Positions 37,237-48,136 of a DNA stretch of 64,000 nt are shown piece by piece. The number at the start of each line of letters is the position of its first letter. Positions within the stretch are counted from its first letter, which is position 1. Source of the DNA: Oikopleura dioica (Eukaryota > Animalia > Chordata); contig OU015566.1 of NCBI GenBank assembly GCA_907165135.1, positions 4,154,001 to 4,218,000 of the forward strand. Direction: 5' to 3'. The notes beneath the pieces are model-generated. The model saw only the letters and a list, made by a program, of their open reading frames with translations. It searched no databases and was not told where the DNA came from. Both the position numbers and the translations under genes were made by a program.

Positions 37237-37328
37237 TCTGCAAATAGATTTTTATGGCTACTTGTATTTTAGTTTTTATTTACGGCTACACAGTTGAAAA
37301 ACGAATTGAAAAGAGCTTGAAAAGACAG

Positions 37329-40300
37329 CTAAATTAGAGATCCATTTGCACGCCTGAGGGGTCGAGTAGTGACCTTGTCCGGCATAATCAGTCGTTTTGT
37401 CAGTATTGGGTTAATGACCTTGCGCGTTGTTGTCACCGTCTCCATTCTGTCGCGCTTTCGATTCCACAAAAACTGGGCCACATCTCGCGTCACTCGCTGG
37501 TAATAATCGATTCCAAATACAGCACACAGAAACTCGTAAAACCTATAAATTAGTCGGTCTGTTGTGTGCGCGGCTACTTACGAAAGCTGAATCTTTGTCT
37601 TGCATCCCTTGGTCGACTTTTTCGTAATTTTGGGCTCCCGTACGGGCTGCGCAAAAGTGTGCAAAATCTCCAGCGTTCGATGCTCATTTCTTGGGTCGAC
37701 AATTTGCTTCTCCAACTCGCAGGGCTCTTTTGGGCACAATGCATAACACTTGGGCGAAAGTGTTAGAAACCAGCCCGATTGGATCGATGCCTCTTCTTTC
37801 AGCAGCCCCGGCTCCTTTTGACTTTCCACCGATTCTCCAGCAAACCATTGTGGCTCGACAGCTTCCTCCCACATTTTCACCAAGTGTGGCTTGACACATT
37901 CTTTTAGCGTCGCTCTTGTTCGAGCATAGGCCAGCGAGTCTGTGTCGCAATAGCAAAATTTTACAGTTCCAGGAATCATGAAATCCTTGATAATGTCCTT
38001 GAACTGCAATAAATGCAGCTTCGAGTTTTGATAAATGGCGACTTGGATATGAAGTGCCAAATTCTCAATAACGGTCGACTTGCGCATGACAACTTCATGA
38101 AGCGGGTCCATTGCCACATCCTCGACGCGAATCGGTTTATAAGCTTTGAACATTGAGCTTTCAAAGCACTCGCGGAGACGATCAGCACCGACAATTTTTG
38201 TATTTACAAAGCGATGATTTGCTTGCGCAAATTTTCCAACAAACGAGTTCAAAAAGAGCTTGTACATGTTTGAGCCGGCATCGTCGCCCTTTTTCTCGCA
38301 CTCGATTCGCTCCTTGACCATTTTGTTGACAAAGTTGGCAAAGGGCGCTCCTCGATAGTAGTTGACAAAGTACTTGATTTCATACTCGTAGCCTTGGTCA
38401 ATCAAGTATGCCAGCATATCGCTTGTGCACAAGTAGTTTTCCTTGTTGTAGCAAAAGATGTTGTCTTCCTTGGGAAACATTCGCTTCTTGACATCTGGGG
38501 GAATGATGCGGTCAATGTGTCCTTGGCAGTCTCCAGCTTCGAGTTTTACTCGCGCAAAAATGGGCGGAATTTCGGGATGGCGATCATAAACTTCTTGCGT
38601 CGCCTTCAAATCAACCATAATAAAGCCAAAGAATTGCGTCTTGTTGCCCTCGATGCGACGAGCAAAGGTTTCCCTAACGTCATTTTCGCCAACGACTTCG
38701 TCAAACAAAAACGGATAATCGGCACTGTAGAGCATCTCGGGACGTTTTCTCAAAATGATCGACTTTTCCTTGACCCATTCACAGTGGTACTTGATGCGCA
38801 ACACGTGGTGAAAATTTTGTGGGCCTTGGAGGCCTTGAACATGTTGCCCGTCTAGAGTAGGCTTTCCCCAGTCTTGCATCTTGTCTTGCTCGCGCAATGT
38901 GTCGACAATCGAATGGATGCGCTCAATTTCTAGTTGGACAATTTCGGGCGTCGAAAGAACCTTGTTGACAAATTTGCCATTGACAGAAACTCGACGTGTT
39001 CTAGCGGATTTATAGAGCACTTTTTTGCAGGAAAGAAGCGGACACGGATGAAAATGGCAGCCATTGTACTCGACAAGCAGCTTTTGAACAATGTGCTCGC
39101 CATCGCTGTTGGTGAAAATCTTTGAAAGTGTAGCAAAGCCGTCAATCGAATATCGCCCAATCTTTTTTTCGACAAAATTGTAGGCATGTTTGATGCGATC
39201 GCCCATAAAGTTTTTGTTCAAGTACTCGAGGTAGCGGATCGACTCGAGTGAGGGATTTTCCTTTTTGCGATAAAGTGGAGTCGCTCTAAAATTGTTGAAA
39301 TTGCTCGTCTGTCGCTTGTACAGCATTCCGGCGCCAATTGGAAGCGGTTGACGAGCCATGTGTCCATACAAAGCATTGAAATCGTAAATTGTAAAGTCGC
39401 AAAAGGCTTCTCCATTTGTAGATTGCCACAGCTCTTTGGGAAGATCGTCACTGGGCCCATTGAGATTAACTGCTCGGTGAACAGACTGACAGATGCCGCC
39501 TGTAAGATTTTCGCGCAAATCATTGTAAAAGCTTTCTGCCTCTTTGGGCGGCGAAATAATTGGCGGCAATTGTTCATCATAGTGCATAAATGCTGCAGTT
39601 TGGGCAAGCTGTGCAATTGAGAGTCCTCCATGTGCGCCAAGTCCAAAAACTTCGAGACACTTTTTCGAGTAGGCATCAATCGCCGCGGTCAGCAATCGCA
39701 CGTCGTTTAAATTGTAGTTGACAAGGAATTGCACCATGTGCATGTTTTTGACGCTTTTCGCAATCTCATCCCAGAGGCCAAGACTTTCATTGTAGGCTTT
39801 GGGCGAAATGTGAAACATTTTTTTCACCGCTTCATTTTCAGCATCGCACTCGTAGCAGTCGCCCTTCCATTCAAAATGCGAATAAATGTACTGGATCATT
39901 GTGGGAGGACAATCTGGTGGCAAATCTTTGAGCGCAGGAGAATCGTACAGTCGCTCGAGACCAAGGTACTCGTCGAGTTTTTCGAAAAAGTTGAGCTGCG
40001 TCCACTCGCCCGATTCAAACTTGCTCTTGATAATTGAATTCATTTCAAGCGCGTGATCTTTGCACGGAATGTAGAGCGAAGACGAAAACGCTGGATAGGG
40101 CGGCAATTGAGTTGTCTGATACATGGTTTCCATGTCTGTAAACAAGTCGTAGGGGAAAATGCCTTTGGAAAAGGCGGCAGGATCCAAGTTGAACGATCGA
40201 GCAAATTTTTCAAGAGAAATCGGCCCCACGTGGTTCATAAAATCCCGAAAACTTATTCCCGCACACTCGAGCATCATGTAGCCCCCGTCACGTTTGATTA

Positions 40301-42476
40301 TATTGAGCTGATTTGATTTCCTTCCAACAAAATCATACAGTACCGACGTGAGCAGCGGCATCAATATTCGCAAGTCGTAGCTTTCTCCATTCCAGGCGTA
40401 GCACTTGAGTTTGAAAAATTCTTTGAGGTAGTTGAGCTTTTTGCGAATGACGCCTTGCTCCTCGGGCGTAAATTGATCCTTGGCATCTTTGCTCAGCTGG
40501 TAAGAGTACATGTCGATCCCTTGCTGAAGACATGGAGGTAATTTTTCGGCCGCGCGCTGTCTCAGCTTGGACAAATACTTGACGAACTTGGCCGCCATAA
40601 TTATGCCACTTTCGTAGTTGAGATCTTTTCTCAAAAACCATTCCTTTTCTCCATCGCTAGTCATGCAAGCAATTGAGACTACATTGTGGAATTTGTGATT
40701 AGAGAGAAGCGGCTCCTTTTTTGGGGTTTTTGCCCTTTTTGACTTTTTTGGGCGTCGCAAATGCGGCGGCAGTGCTTGCATTGATCCATTGATTGAAACA
40801 CAATTGTTGTCGACTTGCATTTCCTCGCCGCCGCCATTGTCCTCGCCGTCGTCATCGTCGCCATTGCCCTCGCTCTTGCCGTAGTCGTTGGTGTTTTCGT
40901 AGCCATAGATTGACGCAATTCGGCCAAGCGAGTCGCTCGACATGACCGATTCTATGTCGTAGGTTATGTAAAAAGTTTGGACAAATTGCTCGTGTGGCAA
41001 ATAACCATCTTTGACAATTTCTTTTATAAAGTCGGTCACGTGGCGGCCGCGCACCGTTTGCGTGATAATTCGCCTCTGCTCTAGAGTGCACTTTTTGATG
41101 TGATCTTTCATTCGAGCGGGGCGATCGTTTGTATACGGACAGTTTTGGGTGGGGCAGCGCGGCATATCTTTCACTTCGGAACTTTGAAGCACTCGCACGC
41201 GGGTATTTTCGTCAAATACATTGGGCACAAGTCCACCCAAATTTCGTATCGGCTCGTCGTCGTCGTTTTCAATATCGGTGGCATCGCTGTCGTACTCGGG
41301 AAAAAGGTCAACGTCGTCGTCACCGTCAGAGTCGCACCGCTCGTCGACGTCGGTAAGGTCGCCATAGTCGGCACAGTTGTAGTCGTCTTCGTCTTGCATG
41401 GCAGCGGCACCAGCGGCGGCACCGCCAGTTCCAGCAGTGGCGATATAAGTCCCAGCAAAACCAGCCAATTCTCTCAAACTGTCAGGATACTTTTCGAGTC
41501 GACTTTTTCGCCAGTTGGGGTGAGCAGCAAGGCCAGGGTTTCTCCAGGGCTCGGCTTTAAGGCGCTTGTAGCTCACGTTGGCAAATTTTTCAAATTGGTC
41601 CAAAAAAGTGTCACTTGTGTGCCCAGCGACGAGCAGATGCAGCTGCTTGTGACTTTTGAGCGGCATGGCGCCATAATAACAACGACGATCGCGCACATTA
41701 TCGTTGACAACATTGCCAGTATAAAGCATAATGTTGACTCCAAAGCGAGATCTTATCCGGCCAAGAACACCATCGGAAATTGAAAACCGCTCATTTTCCG
41801 CCAACGTCAGCTCCTTTTTCACGTGCTCGATTTTCAAGTCCTGCTCTTCCCGGCTCAACTTTGGCCATTTACAGTTGACAATGGCTCTCCAAACAGAAAT
41901 CCAATTTTTGTCAAAATCTTCTGCCACGCGGCGAGTTGGAATAAAATGAAACGTGCCCAAGCGATGGAAAAATGGCCTACTACTCTGCAAAACAACAAGC
42001 GGCCGATCGCGGTCAAGTTTTTCTAGCTCGCCAAGCACGTTTCGAATGCAACTAGGTCCAGACGTTCTGTAGGGCCTATATGAAATTCCCAGGGGCGCAT
42101 AACGTCCCCCATACAAAATGTAGAGATCAATTCCGAGTCGCTCTTCAATACGAGGAAAATCGCTGCGTTTTGGAGTGCCAAACTCGGCAACCAAATCATC
42201 AACATTGACATCCACAATTTTATCCCACAAGGCGCGCGAAATTGTTTTTGGCTGCTTACCTCCAGACAGACGGTGCCAATTTATTCCCAGCTTGACTGCG
42301 TGGTAAAAGTTGGTCTTGCAGCCTCCATCATCATCATCGGAATCAGAGGAATCATCGGATGTTCTTGAACGAAATCTCTCGCCTTGACGATTCGAATACA
42401 AAAAGCGATTACGGCGCTTGCGAGCACCTTCAGATTCATGCTTTTCACGATTTATTAAAAATCTTGAAACTTTCAT
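37329..42476 (-). CDS. pPolB: Protein-primed family B DNA polymerase (~1702 aa), 2 exons, with a VSR-like nuclease insertion
   Basis: Exo I YDIES, Exo II NGESYD, Exo III YNLND, motif A YDFNALY, motif B KLFLNSFVGK, motif C YCDTDS, KCY, KSTKG. The 39-nt intron 37581-37543 adds the typical C-terminus (...KVINPILTKRLIMPDKVTTRPL). Confidence 0.97.
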
Positions 42477-42543
42477 TTTTCAATAATTGAATAAAAAGAC
42501 TTTTTCAATAAAACAACATTTATTAGAATATACACATGCATAA

Positions 42544-44402
42544 TTAACCCCTTCGTCTTCGTTTTGGAGCAGCCTTGGGAGGCGGTGGGATAGTTTCGGC
42601 CCTTCGCTTTGTGCCCCTTGCAGTAGTTTTCATGACCCGAGTACCGCCCACCACAGATGCCTCTGAATAATAATAATAATTAGTGAGTTCCCAAGTGAGT
42701 AAATACCTCGAGCTTTGGCGTCCAAAAACAGCTCTCGCACTGGCAGCCTCATAATCATTGCATCCCATTGTTGCACAAGCGTATCGGCAAATTTGATTTT
42801 TGCAGTAACGAGCGCAGTTTGACCTTCACCATCATTGTCGAAAATGAGCGGCACCAACCAATTTTGCCCTTTAAAGACAAAATAGTCGAGTCCGCTAGCT
42901 GTAGCTGCATTCTCCCATCGTCCATTGTGTTTCATAAAGTTGATGTAGTGCTGAGTTGCAGTTGACCAAGGAGATCGATATGCAGGCTGACCATCAATGT
43001 AAATGGTAAATTCTTGAATTTTGAAAAATGGATGTTCCATTGTAGTCTTTGAGATGCACTTTTCAAATGTCATTTGACTAGCTTGTGAATAGGGCATTCC
43101 TGTGAAAATTATCATTTTGGGAACAGGTCCTGCGCTCAACTCAATGTCGTACTCGCTCATTCCAGTTCCAAGTGTCTTTCGGGTGAATTTCGGATAGTAA
43201 AATGGAATAACACATTCACCATCCCGTCCAGTTGAAATTGGTCTTTCGGCATCAGTTTTGGATCGCAAAAGACTGATTCCATCAAAAATTTCGAGGCTTG
43301 AGTCGCTCCTTTGGATCCAGCTTGTTTTCCCTGAAAAAGTAGATCATCTTTTCGTCTTCGGCAAAGTTTTCTTGTCCTTCAATTTCTTCTGTCTTGACCA
43401 TGTCTTCGATGATGTCGTGGGGGCGCCACCATTTTAGATCCGTTCCATTGGCAGCCGTGGTTTTGATGTCGGTTGCCTTGATGTTGACTTCGTCGTCGCT
43501 GTACGGGTCCAATTCAGAGTTGAACTTTTCAATTACCCGTTTAATTTTTTTAGCCTTTAATTTTTCAGCGCAATCGCATTGGCCCGCATTGTTGTGCTGC
43601 CCAATATTTTTCAAAAGTTTGAATTTCTTCGGGAAAGGGCATTCTGACTTGATCTAGCTGGGACATTTTGGCTCGGCACTTTTGAAAGTTGGAATGGCGC
43701 ATTAAAGCATAACACTGCTCATTCATTGTAAGTTCAATTTGTACTCGGGTGCCGGCTGGGAGCACTCGACCCTGTCTGCACAGGCCGTGCATAATGGGAG
43801 CCCGAACTTCGTACTCGTGAAAGAGTCTCTCATACGGGATCCAGATCTCGTATGCCGTCTTCTTTGACAAATTTTTGCTTTATCTCAGCCGGCTCCCATA
43901 GCTCGGTGGCAAACTGTTGCCGATTCTCGACCAAATTTAGCTTTTCCCCTCGAAATTAGTGTGATGCACTTTGAAGCGCTCAAGTTCGGGCCCTCTGCAT
44001 CAAAAGTGTCAAACCTTCCCTGGGAGAAAAGCTCGACTTCTTGAGCCACTGTTGATTTGTTGAGTTTGGCCTCACAGTGGCTATAGTGGCCATACTCGGC
44101 TGGGTCAAAAGACGAAAAGAGCCGAGTATCTGCAATGATAAAGTCCATTTTTTAATGCCCTTGGACAAAATATCATTATCGGGCACATAATTTGAGGGCA
44201 TTTTAAAATTGCAGCCAAACATGCACTGCGACAATTTAAGACTGTACTTGTCATCGGGCACTTCAAAACGGGTAATTTCCGGACAGTCATTTTTGCCGAG
44301 TCGCGGCACTACTTTGTAGCCCTTGTACGGATCCAGAGTTTCTTTGAGTTCGCGCTTTCTTCCGCGAAAGAACATGAGATTTCCATAATTTTCGTTTGCC
44401 AT
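42544..44402 (-). CDS. Major capsid protein (double jelly-roll, Polinton PY-like), ~544 aa if five candidate introns are spliced
   Basis: Segments PDNDILS, FSQGRFDT, APIMHGLCRQGRVLPAGTRVQIELT, YPKFTRK, GPVPKMIIF, IYIDGQP and KIKFADTL follow the Polinton MCP motif order; basic tail PKRRRR. Confidence 0.8.
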
Positions 44403-44430
44403 TCTAAACGCACTGCATTAGACAACTGAG

Positions 44431-44532
44431 TTAGACAAGCTTTTTCAAATATTCCAATATACGAGCACAATCAATAAATCGGAAAACAACGAGGACAACA
44501 TAGGTGACGAGAATTGCCACGAGCATAATCAT
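44431..44532 (-). CDS. 33-aa hydrophobic single-TM peptide directly upstream of MCP
   Basis: MIMLVAILVTYVVLVVFRFIDCARILEYLKKLV; the frame is open upstream to a TTTTATTCAG acceptor at ~44703. Confidence 0.4.
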   Translation of the reverse strand: MIMLVAILVTYVVLVVFRFIDCARILEYLKKLV

Positions 44533-44793
44533 CTTCGTCTTCGTCGCTTGGCGCTGGCTCGTTTCTTGGGCCGAGACACTATTCCTCGTTTCGAGAGAGA
44601 CAGTACTTTGCCTCGGGTCGTCACAAGGAATGCAATCGGCGATTGCTTCTTCTTGCTCTTTCGTCGGCGCGCCATCGAGTGCGATTATTCCCCCAATCTT
44701 GACTGAATAAAATTTTAACCTTTACAAGTCACCAAGCGACCAAATTTACGACAGTTGTAACGACAGTTTTTACGACAATTGTAACGACAGTAA

Positions 44794-47038
44794 TTAAATT
44801 TCAGTCTTGTCTTTAACAAAATTAATTTCGGGTTCGTAGTAACGGCGATGCAAAGTTTGGCCCTGGGGACCTCGCAAAGAGTAAGTTGGTTCAAAAGTTC
44901 CAAAGTGAATATCAAAAATTTCGTACAATTCTTTGGTCCACTTTGCGCGCGCCCCTTTCCTAAAGCGGGATGATTTAGCTGCAGGTAAAGTGTCGAGAGG
45001 GATTCGAACAAGATCTCCAATAAAATATTTGGAACTTTTGCCAGTGCGTTCTTCGTACTTGCGCTTGAGTTCCAAATAATCAAAAAGCTCGCGCGCATTT
45101 GCACGATTAACGCTACTGGGAGCACGATTAATTGCGCTATGCACAGAATTATTGTAGGCAACATTGACATCTTGAAGAATGTGTATCCAGCGGCGAATTC
45201 CGTTGTGCGATGCGAAATAGAGCTCCAAACGATCTTCCAGCGTGCGACTTAAGTTATCCGTTTGAATTTAACAAATTAAAATTGCATGCAAAAGCTATCA
45301 ATTATTCAACGCACTTGAATCGCTCAGCAAGAGCAGCTTTTACGCCGGTTAGCTTTACGGGCGTCATGTTCCAGTCGTCGAGCAGAAGCGCAACTTCCCC
45401 CTTGAATTCGTTTCCTTGATCCGTCATAAACATGGTGTGCCCAGGCAAATCTAGCGTGGAAAATATGTCGCCCAAAAGCTGAGCGCATTCGGCAGATGAT
45501 TTGGTTTTCATGGGGCGCACAAAAGATTGCCGAGACAATCCGTCTACAACTACCAAAATGTATGGATAGCCAGAGTTGACGGTGGCATCGTTTTTGTACG
45601 CTTCGATTGTATCTGCATAAAGACACGTGTAGAGTCCAGTTGCAATGACGGGATTTCGCCTAAACTTTTTGACAAGCGGCTTGTGGCGAGAAAGCACTTC
45701 ATTGCGCCGCTTCATTTTTGCCACATCGAGCCGCGAATATGCAGTTGGCTCGTTGAAATTGTAGAATAAATGTTGACTGTTGTTGGGTTGTTGTTGTTGT
45801 TGTTGTTGTTCTTGTTGTTGATTTGGTTGTTGCTGGCGTTGTTCCCGCTGGCGTTGTTCCCGCTGCTGCTGCTCATTTCCAAAAATTGGAAAGGTCCTTG
45901 ATTGGGGCTCCTTCGGGCTCGGGGTCGCTTGATTCGCGCGATTCGACTGAGTCGGAGTCGACTTCTTCGTCGTCGTCGCCGATGGTGGCGGTGGTGTGAC
46001 CAGGTTCAACTTTGACTGCGGTGACCTTAGGTTGAGCATCTTTGCTATTCTTCTGGATCTCTCCAAATTGCTTTCGGAATTGGGCAGACCGCTTTGCAAA
46101 ACTGTCCTTGGCATCATGTCCGGCAAATCCAACGGGTTCCCGAATTGATCTACTGTCCGTTGGCTCGAGCTCGGGCTGCTGGTGGGGATTTCCATCGGCT
46201 CCGAAAAAGTAGTCTTTTGGGTACCACTGCTTGGTTGGAGCAAATCGAGGAAAGTCGTCTTGCCGCTCTTCTCGCCCCCCACGCATTGGGTCAAAAAAGA
46301 AAGGCCGCGGCTCTGGGTGAGCAAAGCCGGAGTAAGAATCGGTTTGACGACTGTAGGGCCAGTTGGATCTCCTAGCCCTGCTCTGTTGAGCTCCTCGGTC
46401 ATCGTATCTTGCCATTTTGCCGCCGCCTGGACTGGGTTCAAATCGGACCCGCTTGGATCTGGGTTCAAATTTTTGTTCAAATTTTTGATCAAATTTTTGT
46501 TCGAATCTGGGGTCAAATCTGGGGTCAAATCTGGGGTCAAATCTTGGGTCGAATCGGGGGTCAAATCGGGGGTCGAATCTTGGGTCAAATAGGGGTTCAT
46601 AATAGTCGGGTTCGTAATGGCGAGGTTCGTATTCGCGAGGCTCGTATCTTGGCTCGTATCTGGAATCGTGCCTTGGCTCGGGATGGGAACCATGCTTTGG
46701 TACATGCCGTGGCTCGTGCCTTGGTTCATGCCTTGGCTCGTGCCTTGGCTCATGCCTTGGCTCATGCCTTGGCTCATGCCTTGGCTCATATTCGCCTCTG
46801 GGCGGTCCAGCGGAAGTGGAGTTTTCCGCGGCCGGCCTCGGGGCCTCTTCGTTGTCTGCAAATCTTTTTGGTGAGTCTTCTGATTCGACTTCGTATTCTT
46901 GTTGCGTCGGCTCGATGTCAATGTTTCTAGGCCTGTAGGAGTACGATTTTCCCATTGGAATGGCTCGGTTTGAAAATCTTGCAACCATTTGGGCGGTTCG
47001 CGTCTCCTCTTCGGTGTAGTCCGGGTAGGGTTCGCCAT
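44794..47038 (-). CDS. Retroviral-type DDE integrase (~725 aa) with a long disordered N-terminal extension; 2 exons
   Basis: YADT, YILVVVDGLSR, TDQGNEF; the 67-nt intron 45314-45248 restores AERFNRTL; C-terminal YFIGDLVRI...KGARAKWTKELY...YYEPEI. Confidence 0.95.
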
Positions 47039-47153
47039 TTGCGCGAGGGCCGCGGGCCCTTACCCTACCTGTGTCGGGATTGTACTCGATGTCGTCAAAC
47101 AGATGTCCAAATTCAGTTGGAGTCAGACTAAAGTATACACTCGCTGTTTTCAT
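45873..47153 (-). CDS. 426-aa ORF overlapping the integrase N-terminus in another frame (possible overprinted gene)
   Basis: ATG-initiated; open through both repetitive and non-repetitive sequence. Confidence 0.35.
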   Translation of the reverse strand: MKTASVYFSLTPTEFGHLFDDIEYNPDTGRVRARGPRANGEPYPDYTEEETRTAQMVARFSNRAIPMGKSYSYRPRNIDIEPTQQEYEVESEDSPKRFADNEEAPRPAAENSTSAGPPRGEYEPRHEPRHEPRHEPRHEPRHEPRHEPRHVPKHGSHPEPRHDSRYEPRYEPREYEPRHYEPDYYEPLFDPRFDPRFDPRFDPRFDPRFDPRFDPRFEQKFDQKFEQKFEPRSKRVRFEPSPGGGKMARYDDRGAQQSRARRSNWPYSRQTDSYSGFAHPEPRPFFFDPMRGGREERQDDFPRFAPTKQWYPKDYFFGADGNPHQQPELEPTDSRSIREPVGFAGHDAKDSFAKRSAQFRKQFGEIQKNSKDAQPKVTAVKVEPGHTTATIGDDDEEVDSDSVESRESSDPEPEGAPIKDLSNFWK

Positions 47154-47311
47154 TCACTCCCATGCGCCGCGCTCATTATGCCTCTCTCTAGTAATCAATC
47201 TAGGATTAATATTTAATTCTCCCTTAAATCAGTTTTTTCATAATTTTGAGTGCGCCACCTACAAAAATCGGACCCAATATAAACTGCGGTTTCATCTACA
47301 AAAGTACAAAA

Positions 47312-48085
47312 ATGTCTTCAATCATGGAACAACTCCGCCGGGAGCAAGAGTCTCCCGAAAAAGAGAATTCACTTCCATCGCCCTCTGATAATCGGCCTGA
47401 GCCGTCAGATTTTCGCGTACCTGAGCCGCCTCAGAGAAAACGAAAAAGGAGCAGCTCCCCATCCCCAACTCGAATCAGCAAAAAGGCCCTCTTGGACTTT
47501 TTATTCGGCGCCGAAGATCAACCCTCAACTTCGAGAGCAATCGAGACCACTCCTGAAGACAACAACGACAAATCTCAACCCAAGTCGCCAAAGAAGCGCA
47601 AGCACATTCCTCCACGACCAGCATCTAGCTCCGACGACGAAGACGACGGTGACGACGAAGACGACTGCACCCCCGAGCCTTCCGTCAAGAAAGCCAAAGC
47701 CGCCCCCTACACGCCGACCTTTATAAAGATCCAAACCGCGTTTCCAATCTTGGAGAAGGAGGAGGAATCTCTCTCGGCGCCATTTTTGGCGCTCATCGAC
47801 GGACACAAGCTCTCCAATCCTCCCAAGGGCACCTACTGGATCAACTTGCTCATTGAGCGAAGCGTTCGCAAAGACACGAGCCCCCGATTTGATTTTGAAA
47901 AGCTGTTGAAGCGAGGATCGCGCATTCAGTGCGTTATTAATCTCCACAGTTTTAATCCCAAGAAGCGAGACGACGTCGAGTTCAAAAAGTACTTGCCCAC
48001 AGTTTTGGATCAAGGAGGAAAAGTCGTCGTCTTTCTGCGAGCACGAGTCGAGCCCAAAAAAGCCCGAATATCAACGGGCCTTTGA
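47312..48085 (+). CDS. Viral orphan (~257 aa): NLS-like and acidic disordered N-terminus, small C-terminal domain
   Basis: AAAATG start context; QRKRKRS, PKKRK, DDEDD; divergent from the integrase. Confidence 0.65.
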   Translation: MSSIMEQLRREQESPEKENSLPSPSDNRPEPSDFRVPEPPQRKRKRSSSPSPTRISKKALLDFLFGAEDQPSTSRAIETTPEDNNDKSQPKSPKKRKHIPPRPASSSDDEDDGDDEDDCTPEPSVKKAKAAPYTPTFIKIQTAFPILEKEEESLSAPFLALIDGHKLSNPPKGTYWINLLIERSVRKDTSPRFDFEKLLKRGSRIQCVINLHSFNPKKRDDVEFKKYLPTVLDQGGKVVVFLRARVEPKKARISTGL

Positions 48086-48136
48086 GCCTAAAGGCTATTT
48101 CAAATCCAAGTTTCTCTTGCCACTCAAGTCGACAGA

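Noticed and set aside
43945-43955. G_GGA_AAA slippery heptamer in MCP as a programmed -1 frameshift
   Set aside because: The -1 frame hits TAA within two codons.
44745-44795. TTACGACAGTT/GTAACGACAG repeats after the integrase stop
   Set aside because: Only ~4 short units; no function can be supported.
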